Shown here: positions 8,094 through 17,113 of the stretch, one piece after another
Numbering within the stretch: the first letter of the stretch is position 1
How the letters are laid out: each line of letters opens with the position of its first letter
DNA from: a virus
Taxonomy: Duplodnaviria; Caudoviricetes
IMG/VR virus record: IMGVR_UViG_3300017784_007107
Coordinates: 1 to 24,992 of that record
Length of the DNA stretch: 24,992 bases
Direction: 5' to 3' (one strand)
Notes under the pieces: generated by a model
What the model saw: the letters and a program-made list of their open reading frames with translations, nothing else
Told to the model about the DNA's origin: nothing
The model's database searches: none
Made by a program: the position numbers and the translations under genes

Positions 8094-10592
8094 TTATACG
8101 AAGAATGATTCTAATGTGTTTGTTTTTTCAACTCTCCAACCAATACATTGTAGAATTGAATTTAATGGTTCCAAAAAACTTTTACTAAATTGAAGCTCAT
8201 AGTCAACATACCTACCAAGATTTAATTCTTTTGGAAATTGTTGAATAAATGAAAATACATTTTCATGTAATGGGTTTGCTTTTTTTAGATAGCAAAATTT
8301 TATCTTTTCACCATTTGATATTATTGGATATTTATTGTCCAATTTATCTTTTTTGATATAATGATTATACAACAAAACACCTCTAATGTGAATTGGAGAT
8401 CCCTTACTATAAATTGAATTTATAGATTTATACTTATCAATATTATTAGCAGTTCTTGGAAAAGAAATATCCTCAGGAGGAAGATTGTAAAATTTAGATC
8501 TACAACTAACAATAAAATTAATTAAATCATCTTCAGTTTTATTCATTATTATTTTAAAGGCTTCTTTAATCATTGTTCTACATGGAGCTGGAGTTGATGA
8601 TTTAACTGCCTCTAGTCCCATAATTTTAAGTTTAGGTTCAGAATATCTAACTCCTTCAGAATCCCAGACATTTAAAATATATCTTTTCTTAGCAGTCCAA
8701 ATTCCTCTTTCTGCAATATTTTCTCTCTTCATCTGCATTTTCTGAGAATATGCATTTACATATGTCGCCAATTCTTGGTAACAACCTTCAATATACTTTT
8801 CAAGTTCCACCTTACAGATCTTATCAAGGAATGTGATAATGCCTTCAGTAGTTTTTTCTCTTCCTTGGTATACAGCTTCCACCAAAGGCGACATATTAAG
8901 ATAGATAGAATCAGTATCAGAAGCAATAACATAATCAACATTAATAGTTTTGAGAAGTTTATTAAGGTATTTATTCATTTTATTCTCAATCCAACGAATT
9001 GCAACCTGACCTGATAAAGTTACTGCCTCTGCATTTTCAATTAGAAAGTATCTAAAATATTCGTTCCCAACAGCACCATATGCAGAGTTCAATGCATTCT
9101 TCTTTGCAACTTGAATAATATTACATCTAGCAATTTCTTTTGATAATTCAAGTGTTGGAGTTTTTTCATATTGTTGTTTAGCTTCAATCATTTTCTTTTT
9201 AACTACAACACGATCATTGTACATCTTTTCCATTAGTTCAGGAAGAAATCCCCTAACATCTTTTCTATACATTGCTCCATTAGCACATACAGTATATGGA
9301 TGATTCTCGGGAATATTAACTTCCATATTAAGGATTTTATCTACAGTAATTCCTGGAAATTTATCCACAACTAAAGTTTCTGGACTTATGTTGTATTGCA
9401 TAATTAAGTGTGGGTATAGACTATTCAAGTCAAAATTAACAACCCAATCATGCTTACCAACTATAGGATCTTTAACATATGCACCTTCATACTTTTTATC
9501 TTTTTTAGTTTCAATTTTAAATGGAATTACAATATCTTTATTTTTTAAATAATTGTAGATGATAGAATCCCATAGTCTAACTTGAAAAAATACATCACTA
9601 AAATTTACTTTGGCATCAAATGCCATAGTAATTGCAAGTTCAATTAACTTCATCTTATCTTCTAGACGGTCAACTAGTTCTACGTCTTTGATGTTATATT
9701 CAACAAACTTTTGCCAATTCTTAGTATAGAATTCTTTGAAGGTATCATACTCAGAGTGGTCTAATTTATTTTGACCCAACTCAACCAAAGCAATATGATC
9801 AAGTCTATATGATTCTTGATTTGGTGTTGCTGGAGATTTTTTATATAGATCTAGATAATCTAGTATTGTAATACCAGCAATATCAATTCTAGTTTGAGTT
9901 CTACCAGCAATTGTAACTTCATTCTCAGTTACAATTCCCCAAGGAGAAAGTTTTCTTACTGCCTTCTCTCCAAATAATTTAGAAATTCTCCCATGTAAAT
10001 ATGGAATATCATAAAAATCACAATTCCACCCAGTAACAATGTCTGGATGATTTGCATTCCAATATGCAATAAAATTATCTAAGAGATTAAATTCATCATC
10101 ACAGAGAATATATTTAACATTTTTTTGTACATTATTGAATGGTTTAATTCCCCAAGTAATAATTTTTTTAGTATAATAATCTTGAATTGAAATTGTTAAT
10201 ATTTCTTCCTGACAACTTTTAACATCAGGAAATCCTAGTTCAGATGAAACTTCAATGTCTATGGTAATTAATTTAATTTTACTAATATCAAACCTAATAG
10301 AATCTTCAGAATAAGTATCTGAGATATATTGATTAATATATCTTGTATTTCCAAATACTTTAAAGTTCTCTACATTTTGATATTTTTTTACAAAATCTCT
10401 AGTTTCACGTATAGTTCCAGGATTAATTGAATTTACATAATTACCTTCAAGAGTTTTATATTTTGTTTTTTTGTTTGTACTAACATAAAGTGTTGGATAA
10501 TAGGTTTCTCTATTTTTAAAATGCTCGCCATTATCAAACCCCCTGGATAGAATTTCATCTCCAACCAGGACTACATTTGTATAAAACTTCAT
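8094..10592 (-). CDS. gp43: Family B DNA polymerase (T4 gp43), unsplit
   Basis: Exonuclease motifs [15 protein letters not shown] and YNIKDV; polymerase motifs [22 protein letters not shown] and KKRY. Confidence 0.98.
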   Translation of the reverse strand: MKFYTNVVLVGDEILSRGFDNGEHFKNRETYYPTLYVSTNKKTKYKTLEGNYVNSINPGTIRETRDFVKKYQNVENFKVFGNTRYINQYISDTYSEDSIRFDISKIKLITIDIEVSSELGFPDVKSCQEEILTISIQDYYTKKIITWGIKPFNNVQKNVKYILCDDEFNLLDNFIAYWNANHPDIVTGWNCDFYDIPYLHGRISKLFGEKAVRKLSPWGIVTENEVTIAGRTQTRIDIAGITILDYLDLYKKSPATPNQESYRLDHIALVELGQNKLDHSEYDTFKEFYTKNWQKFVEYNIKDVELVDRLEDKMKLIELAITMAFDAKVNFSDVFFQVRLWDSIIYNYLKNKDIVIPFKIETKKDKKYEGAYVKDPIVGKHDWVVNFDLNSLYPHLIMQYNISPETLVVDKFPGITVDKILNMEVNIPENHPYTVCANGAMYRKDVRGFLPELMEKMYNDRVVVKKKMIEAKQQYEKTPTLELSKEIARCNIIQVAKKNALNSAYGAVGNEYFRYFLIENAEAVTLSGQVAIRWIENKMNKYLNKLLKTINVDYVIASDTDSIYLNMSPLVEAVYQGREKTTEGIITFLDKICKVELEKYIEGCYQELATYVNAYSQKMQMKRENIAERGIWTAKKRYILNVWDSEGVRYSEPKLKIMGLEAVKSSTPAPCRTMIKEAFKIIMNKTEDDLINFIVSCRSKFYNLPPEDISFPRTANNIDKYKSINSIYSKGSPIHIRGVLLYNHYIKKDKLDNKYPIISNGEKIKFCYLKKANPLHENVFSFIQQFPKELNLGRYVDYELQFSKSFLEPLNSILQCIGWRVEKTNTLESFFV

Positions 10593-10855
10593 TTAATAGC
10601 CTTTAAATATAATTCAATATATTCTGGTTTAGGATCAACTATTGTAAATATAGAATCAGAATGAATTATAAGTTCTCTTTGATCTGTATATTTTGGCCAT
10701 AGCTCAAAATAAGCAACACCACTATGATCAGATTTTAATACACATGGATTAATTAATCTACAATCAGGTTCTCCCAATTCATAACCAATAACTTCACAAA
10801 CTTCAGATGCTAAAATAACATCATTCTTCAATATCAGCAGTTTTAGATTTTGCAT
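10589..10855 (-). CDS. Conserved small hypothetical protein, predicted Sm-like fold
   Basis: LKLLILKN...LINP...WP...IFTIVDP pattern. ATGA overlap with gp43. Position immediately upstream of gp43 is typical of cyanomyophages. Confidence 0.75.
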   Translation of the reverse strand: MQNLKLLILKNDVILASEVCEVIGYELGEPDCRLINPCVLKSDHSGVAYFELWPKYTDQRELIIHSDSIFTIVDPKPEYIELYLKAIK

Positions 10856-11126
10856 TCACTTGCTCCAAATAAGATTTTTTAACTTCATCTAGGGGTTCTA
10901 CTATAGAAACTACCCAATCACATGGGATAGGAATTTCTTTTTGTTTAGATAGTGGAATATATGGATAAAACGTCACACTAGCAGCAATTTCTTCTGTCCC
11001 ATCATTAAGTCTAGTGATAAATGGATTCTTAAGAAGATATCCAATAACTTTATCTCCAGAAAGCATTTCATTAACATCTGCAATCACATCTTCATATGAT
11101 TTCAAAATCAAAAGTTTAACAGACAT
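10821..11126 (-). CDS. Conserved small hypothetical protein, predicted Sm-like fold
   Basis: VKLLILKSYEDVIADV...LLKNP...PYIPLS...WVVSIVEP. Visibly paralogous to 10589..10855 and 18756..19136. Confidence 0.78.
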   Translation of the reverse strand: MSVKLLILKSYEDVIADVNEMLSGDKVIGYLLKNPFITRLNDGTEEIAASVTFYPYIPLSKQKEIPIPCDWVVSIVEPLDEVKKSYLEQVNAKSKTADIEE

Positions 11127-11150
11127 AGATTATATTCTCTAATTAAATAC

Positions 11151-11179
11151 AGTATACACAAAAAAATGGGAGGTGTCAA
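11151..11179 (-). promoter_or_regulatory. Sigma70-type (early) promoter TTGACA-N17-TATACT driving the Sm-like/gp43 operon
   Basis: -35 at 11174-11179 (plus tgtcaa), -10 at 11151-11156 (plus agtata), 17-nt spacer, about 25 nt upstream of the ATG at 11126. Confidence 0.85.
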
Positions 11180-11202
11180 CTGGATTTTACCAGTTACCTC
11201 CC
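11160..11202 (-). terminator. Hairpin plus U7 tract (intrinsic terminator-like) downstream of regA
   Basis: Minus strand reads GGGAGGT-AACTGG-taaaat-CCAGTT-gac-ACCTCCC-A-TTTTTTT: a 13-bp stem with a 3-nt bulge. Confidence 0.8.
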
Positions 11203-11229
11203 TACAGCAACGATAGTTTAGCTCATCAG

Positions 11230-11237
11230 TATTTATA
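11230..11237 (-). promoter_or_regulatory. T4-type late promoter TATAAATA
   Basis: Plus-strand tatttata at 11230-11237, immediately after the regA stop. Confidence 0.65.
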
Positions 11238-11238
11238 A

Positions 11239-11679
11239 TTATTCAGGTTCTTCTACTTGTTTTCTTTTTGATCCAATATTATACTTGGATTCTAAACTCC
11301 ATTCATTTTTTTCTTTATATGATAATATTTTAATTTGATTTAGTGGTGCAATATCACTAATTTTAGTTATATCAACCAATGTAATCAATTCCCAATCTGC
11401 AAGTAATTGTGCAATTCTATTACGTCGTTGAACATCATTCAATGTTAAGTTTGCATGTTTTCCATCTAGGGCAAACAACTCTTTAAAGTGTACAATATAA
11501 TACCTACCTTGCTTGTGTAGAATATGGCAGGATTGATATATTTTTTTTTCTTTTCTAGATGCAACACCAATTCTAGTAAGAGTTTCTCTAACCTTCAAAA
11601 AATCATCAGGTTCATTTAAAATTATTTCAATCATTTGATCTTGGGACCAAATCACCAAAGGCTCCTGAACAACACTCAT
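11239..11679 (-). CDS. regA: Translational repressor RegA
   Basis: PDDFLKVRETLTRIGVASRKEKKIYQSCHILHKQGRYYIVHFKELFALDG is the RegA signature. Follows gp62. Confidence 0.97.
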   Translation of the reverse strand: MSVVQEPLVIWSQDQMIEIILNEPDDFLKVRETLTRIGVASRKEKKIYQSCHILHKQGRYYIVHFKELFALDGKHANLTLNDVQRRNRIAQLLADWELITLVDITKISDIAPLNQIKILSYKEKNEWSLESKYNIGSKRKQVEEPE

Positions 11680-12059
11680 CTCATTCCCCCAACTTCAAGT
11701 TTAGTTTTAATAAATTTAATTTGTTCATTTGTAAGAATTCTCAAAGCTTGCTCTGCTTTTTCATTACTATAGCCATAGTATGATTTTATGCAATCAAGAT
11801 CTTTATTAATTTCTTTTTTGATCCAAGGAGAAAATCTCTTCTTAGTTCTGAGAATATTTATATAAAAATCATATTGTAACTTTTTATCAAGATGATGATT
11901 AAGATTTATTTCATTTGAAAACATTACTGAGTCAATGTGCCCAGATAAACATTTATTGATAATGTATGGTGGATACGATTTTACAATAGTTTCATCACTA
12001 TCCATTAAATTCTTTTTAGTTTGATTGATTGAATTTAACCAGTCTTTAAGTTCAATCAT
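11676..12059 (-). CDS. gp62: Clamp loader small subunit (T4 gp62)
   Basis: LKDWLNSIN...YPPYIINKCLS...LQYDFY...KRFSPW...YYGYSNEKA. The ATG at 12059 forms an ATGA overlap with the gp44 stop. Confidence 0.93.
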   Translation of the reverse strand: MIELKDWLNSINQTKKNLMDSDETIVKSYPPYIINKCLSGHIDSVMFSNEINLNHHLDKKLQYDFYINILRTKKRFSPWIKKEINKDLDCIKSYYGYSNEKAEQALRILTNEQIKFIKTKLEVGGMR

Positions 12060-13000
12060 TTGAAGGAGCACTCACACATTATTTCAGTCAGTGCAGCAAG
12101 AAGATTTATTTCTTGGTCTGCTACAAAAGCTGATTGATATTGATATTTCGCAACAATAAGAACAGAAGAAGCAATACTGGGACCATCCAAATGTTCATAT
12201 AAAGCATCATACACCATACGAAGAATACTACTGGAATCATTATCAAGATTTTCCACAACCCATTTACGAACTTCAGTAAAGTTCTTTTCCTTGAGATGTT
12301 TAGTAAGGTCATTGAGTTTAACATTAGAGAAGGATGCAAGAATTGCAGAATCAATTGTCCCAGAAACAGAATACCTTTGACATTCATTCAAAACTCTTCT
12401 GAAGTCTGGAAAGTGCTTAGTTATAAGTTTTGCTAGAACTTTTTCATCTGCTTCAATTTTTTCTTGATTTAATATTTTTACAAGTCTTTCAAAAAACTTT
12501 GAGGCAAGTTTTGGTTTGTCTTTAGACTTAATTGCAAAATCAATAACTGCACATCTAGAATGGAGAGGTTCAATGATTTTGTTTTTATAGTTGCAGGTAA
12601 AAATAAACCTACAGTTATTATAGAATGTTTCAATATTAGCTCTTAGCAGAAGTTGTACATCATTAGTGGTATTATCTGCTTCATCAATAATAATAATTTT
12701 ATGTTTATTAGTTGTTTGAAGTGATACTGTTGATGCAAAATTCTTTGCAGTATTTCTTACTGTGTCTAAAAATCTTCCTTCATCAGATCCATTAATTACA
12801 TAAAAATCTACTCCAAGCTCGTTACATAATGCTTTGGCAACTGTTGTTTTACCAACTCCAGGAGGACCTGAAAGTAGTAAGTTTGAAATTTCTCCACCAT
12901 TCACAAAGCTTTGAAATGTTTTTTTAATATCATCAGGTAGAATACATTCTTCAATTGTTTTTGGGCGATATTTTTCACACCAAAGAAATTCATTTCTCAT
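12056..13000 (-). CDS. gp44: Clamp loader large subunit (T4 gp44)
   Basis: LWCEKYRP, GPPGVGKT, IIIDEAD, PLHSRC (SRC motif), FPDFRR. Confidence 0.97.
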   Translation of the reverse strand: MRNEFLWCEKYRPKTIEECILPDDIKKTFQSFVNGGEISNLLLSGPPGVGKTTVAKALCNELGVDFYVINGSDEGRFLDTVRNTAKNFASTVSLQTTNKHKIIIIDEADNTTNDVQLLLRANIETFYNNCRFIFTCNYKNKIIEPLHSRCAVIDFAIKSKDKPKLASKFFERLVKILNQEKIEADEKVLAKLITKHFPDFRRVLNECQRYSVSGTIDSAILASFSNVKLNDLTKHLKEKNFTEVRKWVVENLDNDSSSILRMVYDALYEHLDGPSIASSVLIVAKYQYQSAFVADQEINLLAALTEIMCECSFK

Positions 13001-13508
13001 AATTTAGACCCAATAGTAAAACTTTTTTATTTTGTATAGTTTCATTAGCACCATGAGGAGTATTGGAAAGATACATGATAGCTTTTCCTTTTTTTGGAAA
13101 AACTTTTTTTGTAATATTACTATCAATACTGGTCGCGTTATTTAAATACAAATAAGTTTCTCCATCATCACAAGTATTTAAATAAACAATAATTGAAAAC
13201 TCTACATTGTAATCAACGTGAACTGATTGATATCCACCATGTCCATATTCAACTAAATGAACTCGATGATATTTAAATTTGCATCCACATTTTTTTTCAA
13301 TTTTTTCTTTAAAGCAATTTAAAGTTTCATAGACATCTTTTTCATTGAGATGTAATATATTACGAGTTTTCACTCCATTATGGGTACGGATACGATTTCT
13401 ATGTTTTTGAATTAAAAAAGATTTTTGTTTATATAACTCAAGCTTTTTATCAAAAAAATCTATAAATTGATCATCAACAGAAAACTCATAAAATGCTGGC
13501 AAATCCAT
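12990..13508 (-). CDS. 2OG-Fe(II) oxygenase superfamily protein
   Basis: YGHGGYQSVHVD...FSIIVYLN...GET...PKKGKAIMY...PHGA...KKVL matches a prolyl-4-hydroxylase-like DSBH with HxD...H. Confidence 0.85.
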   Translation of the reverse strand: MDLPAFYEFSVDDQFIDFFDKKLELYKQKSFLIQKHRNRIRTHNGVKTRNILHLNEKDVYETLNCFKEKIEKKCGCKFKYHRVHLVEYGHGGYQSVHVDYNVEFSIIVYLNTCDDGETYLYLNNATSIDSNITKKVFPKKGKAIMYLSNTPHGANETIQNKKVLLLGLNYEK

Positions 13509-13511
13509 AAT

Positions 13512-14024
13512 TTAGACCCATTCAGGTTTTCTATTGGGTAGGCGAAGATAGTTATCATTCACCCAAGGTTTAGATGCAACATACATCTTATAAGCAGTAA
13601 AAGTATCAATAGTATCATTATATTTCCATTCTTCAGGCATAGCACGAGCAAATGGAGTCACCTCAGAAATCTTACCTTTTGGAAAGAGGTAATGTGCATC
13701 AACAAGAGTCTTATGGCAGGAGTGGGTTTTATTATACCTCAAAGTATATTCATCACACAAGTCCATTCCCCACCTGATTAACCAGTAGGCATTATCAATA
13801 GATCTTGCTGCCCATTGAGTGCAAGGATGATTTCTGAAGGCACCCTTTTCTGTTTTATAGGGGGTTCCATCCATCTTTGGAAGAGTTCCATAGTTGTGTC
13901 CCCAGTTTTTAGATGCTACTATGGAGAGCATTTGACAACACTCTAGGGGCATCTTAACTATATGTTTATCTGGAAGGCAGGTGGCACTCTCCTTTGGGCA
14001 CGAGGATGTAACAAAGATGTTCAT
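13512..14024 (-). CDS. denV: Pyrimidine-dimer DNA glycosylase (DenV/endonuclease V-like family)
   Basis: MNIF...DKHIVKMPLECCQMLS...HPCTQW...EYTLRYNKTH...AMP, characteristic of the phage/bacterial DenV-like family. Confidence 0.8.
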   Translation of the reverse strand: MNIFVTSSCPKESATCLPDKHIVKMPLECCQMLSIVASKNWGHNYGTLPKMDGTPYKTEKGAFRNHPCTQWAARSIDNAYWLIRWGMDLCDEYTLRYNKTHSCHKTLVDAHYLFPKGKISEVTPFARAMPEEWKYNDTIDTFTAYKMYVASKPWVNDNYLRLPNRKPEWV

Positions 14025-14686
14025 TAAAAAGTACTATCAGGTTCTAATGCTATAAAGTAATTTAAATTATATCTTTCATTAGTAAATTTAGAAATACATT
14101 TTTCAGAAATTACTACATCATATGATCCAGGAATAATTTTAATATTTTCTACTTTAAAATTAAAAGCAAATTCTAGATCAGTTTCACCAACTATAATAGA
14201 ATACTCATTGGAAGTATCATTCTTCTTATCACGAACTACAAGACTAACAACACCACTTTGTCCAATTGCAGATAAATCTGGAAGTTGGTATACAGCAGAA
14301 GCTTTAAGTAATTTATCTAATTGTGAATGATCAACTTGAAAGCAAACATCTTGAGAAGGAAGTTCAATTTCTTTATCGGGTGGAGTAATTATAATTTCTG
14401 GATCTGCAAAGAAGTACTTTACTTTTCTAGTTCCTTCTCTAATCATCAAATATGAATCATTAGTAAAATCAAGATCAGGATCTTGATGTAAACTTAATCC
14501 ATTTAAAAATTGATTTAAATCATAAATTGCAAAATCTTTTGGAAATTTTTCAGAAACATCTGCTTCTGCCAAGATATTTTTCATTACAGATATTGTTCTA
14601 AGTTTAGAACCCTGTTTTACCAAGATGGATTGGTTGATTGAAGAAAAATTCTTTAAGATTGAAAGGGTATTATCAGAAAGTTTCAT
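14024..14686 (-). CDS. gp45: Sliding clamp (T4 gp45)
   Basis: MKLSDNTLSILKNFSSINQSI...FAIYDLNQFL...YFIALEPDS. The probable start is the ATG at 14686. Confidence 0.96.
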   Translation of the reverse strand: MKLSDNTLSILKNFSSINQSILVKQGSKLRTISVMKNILAEADVSEKFPKDFAIYDLNQFLNGLSLHQDPDLDFTNDSYLMIREGTRKVKYFFADPEIIITPPDKEIELPSQDVCFQVDHSQLDKLLKASAVYQLPDLSAIGQSGVVSLVVRDKKNDTSNEYSIIVGETDLEFAFNFKVENIKIIPGSYDVVISEKCISKFTNERYNLNYFIALEPDSTF

Positions 14687-15101
14687 AGGTACTATTGGGT
14701 TTGTTGTGTAGTCCAGCAAAATGATATAATAAAATGCAATAGTGAATTGCTTTCAAAATATCTAGTTTTGATTTTCCATTCTTTTTTCCAAATCTAGAAA
14801 GATATTTGATAGCATTAGATCTTGTAAATGGTTCAGCATCACCAATACTTTCAACCAAATCTAGAGTTTGAGTTTGAGATTGCTCTGAAGTATAATGAGA
14901 TTTATATGTACTTGCAATATAATCCTGAACTTGCTTTAAAGTTTTATCTTCATTATATTTCCAAAATCCATTTTTATTTGTATTTTCAGTAGTATCAATA
15001 TTTGACATTAAATTATAACTATAAGCAGTTTCTAATATTGAACTTGGTGGAAAAAATGATATTGAATCATCAATATCAAACATTGAATCACTCATATACA
15101 C
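14673..15101 (-). CDS. DUF3310-like protein (T7 gp1.7-type nucleotide-kinase-like)
   Basis: SHY...DLVESIG...SNAIKYLSRFGKKNGKSKLDILKAIHY. Commonly found upstream of gp45 in cyanomyophages. Exact start uncertain. Confidence 0.75.
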   Translation of the reverse strand: MYMSDSMFDIDDSISFFPPSSILETAYSYNLMSNIDTTENTNKNGFWKYNEDKTLKQVQDYIASTYKSHYTSEQSQTQTLDLVESIGDAEPFTRSNAIKYLSRFGKKNGKSKLDILKAIHYCILLYHFAGLHNKPNSTYETF

Positions 15102-15123
15102 AGGTCAGTTGGAATCAGTCTTT

Positions 15124-15152
15124 ATGATACCAAAGAACTCAGTCAAAGTCAA
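15124..15152 (-). promoter_or_regulatory. Sigma70-type promoter TTGACT-N17-TATCAT with extended -10 TG
   Basis: -35 at 15147-15152 and -10 at 15124-15129. Overlaps the gp46 stop and points into the DUF3310-gp45-gp44-gp62-regA operon. Confidence 0.7.
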
Positions 15153-16854
15153 GCATTATACTAAATCCTTTTTTCTTTTCAAATTTAATTGTTTTGTCAA
15201 ATTTTTCAAGTAAATCATCTACTTTATGCGATATTACAAATGTGTTAGAATCTTGAACCACATGTTTTATAATTTTAGTGAAGTAGTCAGTTCCAGCTTC
15301 ATCTAAAGAGCTATCAAAAACTTCATCAAGAATTAATAAATTAGTATTCATTGAATTCTTTATCTTTGCAACTTCTCTCCAAGTGAATAATAAAGCTAGA
15401 TCAATTCTCATTTTTTCACCCTCAGAAAAAGATGAATACGAAAAATCTTCATAAATTGGATTCAAAGCTTTTTCATTAAATTCTTCATCTAGTGTAAAAT
15501 TGACAGGAAAATCTAAAATTTCCAAATATTTATTTAAATTTCTATTAATGATTGGTAAATATTTTTTAATAATTTTAGATTTTGCTCCATCATCTTTTAG
15601 TAATAAACTAATAAACTCATAATTTTTTAACTCTTCATTTTTATATGATATGTCATTTGATATAGAATTTAGTAATTCATTAAATGAATTTAATTTTTCC
15701 AATTCAACATCAATATCAGTAGTTGATATAGTAGAAATTTCAAATTCTAGTTCTTTGACTTGTTTTCTAATTGTAGAAATTTTAACATTATTTAAATTAA
15801 TTTCAATATTTAATTCTGATATTTCTTTTGTAATTTTTATAAATTTATTTTGTTTTTTATATTCCAATTCAATAGATTCTGATAATTCTAGTTGTCCAAT
15901 CTCAACTTCTTTACTTTTAGATAAGATTTGTTCAATTTTATCTAGTCTAAATTTTTCTTCTATAGTTTGAGTACACGTTGGGCAAGTATTATTATCAGTA
16001 AAGAATTGACTTTCCTCAGATAAATTAAAAATCTTTTGTTGTATTTTAATATTTAATTTTTCTAATTTTTTAAGAAGATTTTCAGAAAATGAAAGTTTAT
16101 TTAATTCTATTAAATTAGATTCTATACTCAGCTGAGTATTTACATTGTAATCAACAAGAATGTCAACCTCAGAATTAAGTGCTTGTATTTTAGATCTCTT
16201 TAATTCTGTATCCTTAGTTTTCCTAGTTTTAAACTTATCAATTACTAAAAATTGTGTTTTAATTTTATCTTCAACATTTTCTTTTTTATATGAAATTTCT
16301 TTAAGGTAATCTTTAATTTCTCTAATTTTAATTTTAGATACATCATTCATAGAAGAGAAAATTTTGATATCTAACAAGTCCTCAACTACCTCTCTCCTAT
16401 GTTGAGATGATAGTTGCATAAATGGAACAAAATTAGAAGATCCTAAAATTACAATTTGAGTAAATGATTTATAATTTAACTTAAGTAAAAATTGTTCTAA
16501 CCATTTTTGCTGATCATTTGTTGATGAAGCTTGATCTAGTAAAATTCCATTATCATAAATTTCAAATAAGGTAGGTTTCATTCCCCTTATTATTTTGTAT
16601 GGATTTCCACAAATAGTAAAATCAATTTCAACTAAACAATCTTTTTCATTAATACTGTTTATTAATTGATTTTTGTTAATTTTTCTAAATGGTTTGTTAA
16701 ACAATACAAATGTAAGAGCATCTAAAATTGTGCTCTTACCAGATCCATTATGACCTACAACTAAAGTTGAAGTGGTTTCATTTAGTTTAATTTCAGTCCA
16801 ATAGTTTCCAGATGATAGAAAATTTTTATATCTTAAAAATTCAAACTTGATCAT
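15139..16854 (-). CDS. gp46: Rad50/SbcC-like recombination endonuclease subunit (T4 gp46)
   Basis: Walker A GHNGSGKS, zinc hook CPTC within coiled coil, signature FSEGE, Walker B LILDEVFDSSLD, ISH. Confidence 0.96.
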   Translation of the reverse strand: MIKFEFLRYKNFLSSGNYWTEIKLNETTSTLVVGHNGSGKSTILDALTFVLFNKPFRKINKNQLINSINEKDCLVEIDFTICGNPYKIIRGMKPTLFEIYDNGILLDQASSTNDQQKWLEQFLLKLNYKSFTQIVILGSSNFVPFMQLSSQHRREVVEDLLDIKIFSSMNDVSKIKIREIKDYLKEISYKKENVEDKIKTQFLVIDKFKTRKTKDTELKRSKIQALNSEVDILVDYNVNTQLSIESNLIELNKLSFSENLLKKLEKLNIKIQQKIFNLSEESQFFTDNNTCPTCTQTIEEKFRLDKIEQILSKSKEVEIGQLELSESIELEYKKQNKFIKITKEISELNIEINLNNVKISTIRKQVKELEFEISTISTTDIDVELEKLNSFNELLNSISNDISYKNEELKNYEFISLLLKDDGAKSKIIKKYLPIINRNLNKYLEILDFPVNFTLDEEFNEKALNPIYEDFSYSSFSEGEKMRIDLALLFTWREVAKIKNSMNTNLLILDEVFDSSLDEAGTDYFTKIIKHVVQDSNTFVISHKVDDLLEKFDKTIKFEKKKGFSIMLDFD

Positions 16855-17107
16855 AATTTGGGGGAACTACAATATCATCAGGAGTAATTATAGTATAACT
16901 ATAATTCAAATAATCGCAAGCGTGCATAGCTACATGAGGATCAACTTCAGTAACTTCCATTTTGGGGTAATCCATTTCTTCTAACATTAACAAATATCTT
17001 TGTGCATCATCCTCTTCCTGAAACATAAACAACACTTTTTCTCCAGTAGGTTTTTCTACTGCAAATGCTCCATCATTTTCTTTTTTGTTTACAGTGAGTA
17101 TGTACAT
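16841..17107 (-). CDS. Conserved hypothetical protein between gp47 and gp46
   Basis: GAFAVE...VLFMFQEEDDAQRY...IITPDDIVVPP. Fills the gap and matches the usual cyanomyophage position. Confidence 0.8.
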   Translation of the reverse strand: MYILTVNKKENDGAFAVEKPTGEKVLFMFQEEDDAQRYLLMLEEMDYPKMEVTEVDPHVAMHACDYLNYSYTIITPDDIVVPPNYDQV

Positions 17108-17113
17108 TTAACT

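Noticed and set aside
5158-10592. Introns, inteins or homing endonucleases in gp41, uvsX or gp43
   Set aside because: Protein lengths are ordinary and motifs contiguous. No intein ends or HNH/GIY-YIG/LAGLIDADG motifs were seen.
5349-12387. Same-strand nested ORFs inside gp41, uvsX, gp43 and gp44
   Set aside because: They are off-frame by-products of codon bias within conserved genes, and the host genes are intact.
15100-15152. Short ACTGA / TTGACT direct repeats around the promoter after gp46, considered as a transcription-factor box
   Set aside because: Too short and irregular to separate from chance or from the -35 element itself.
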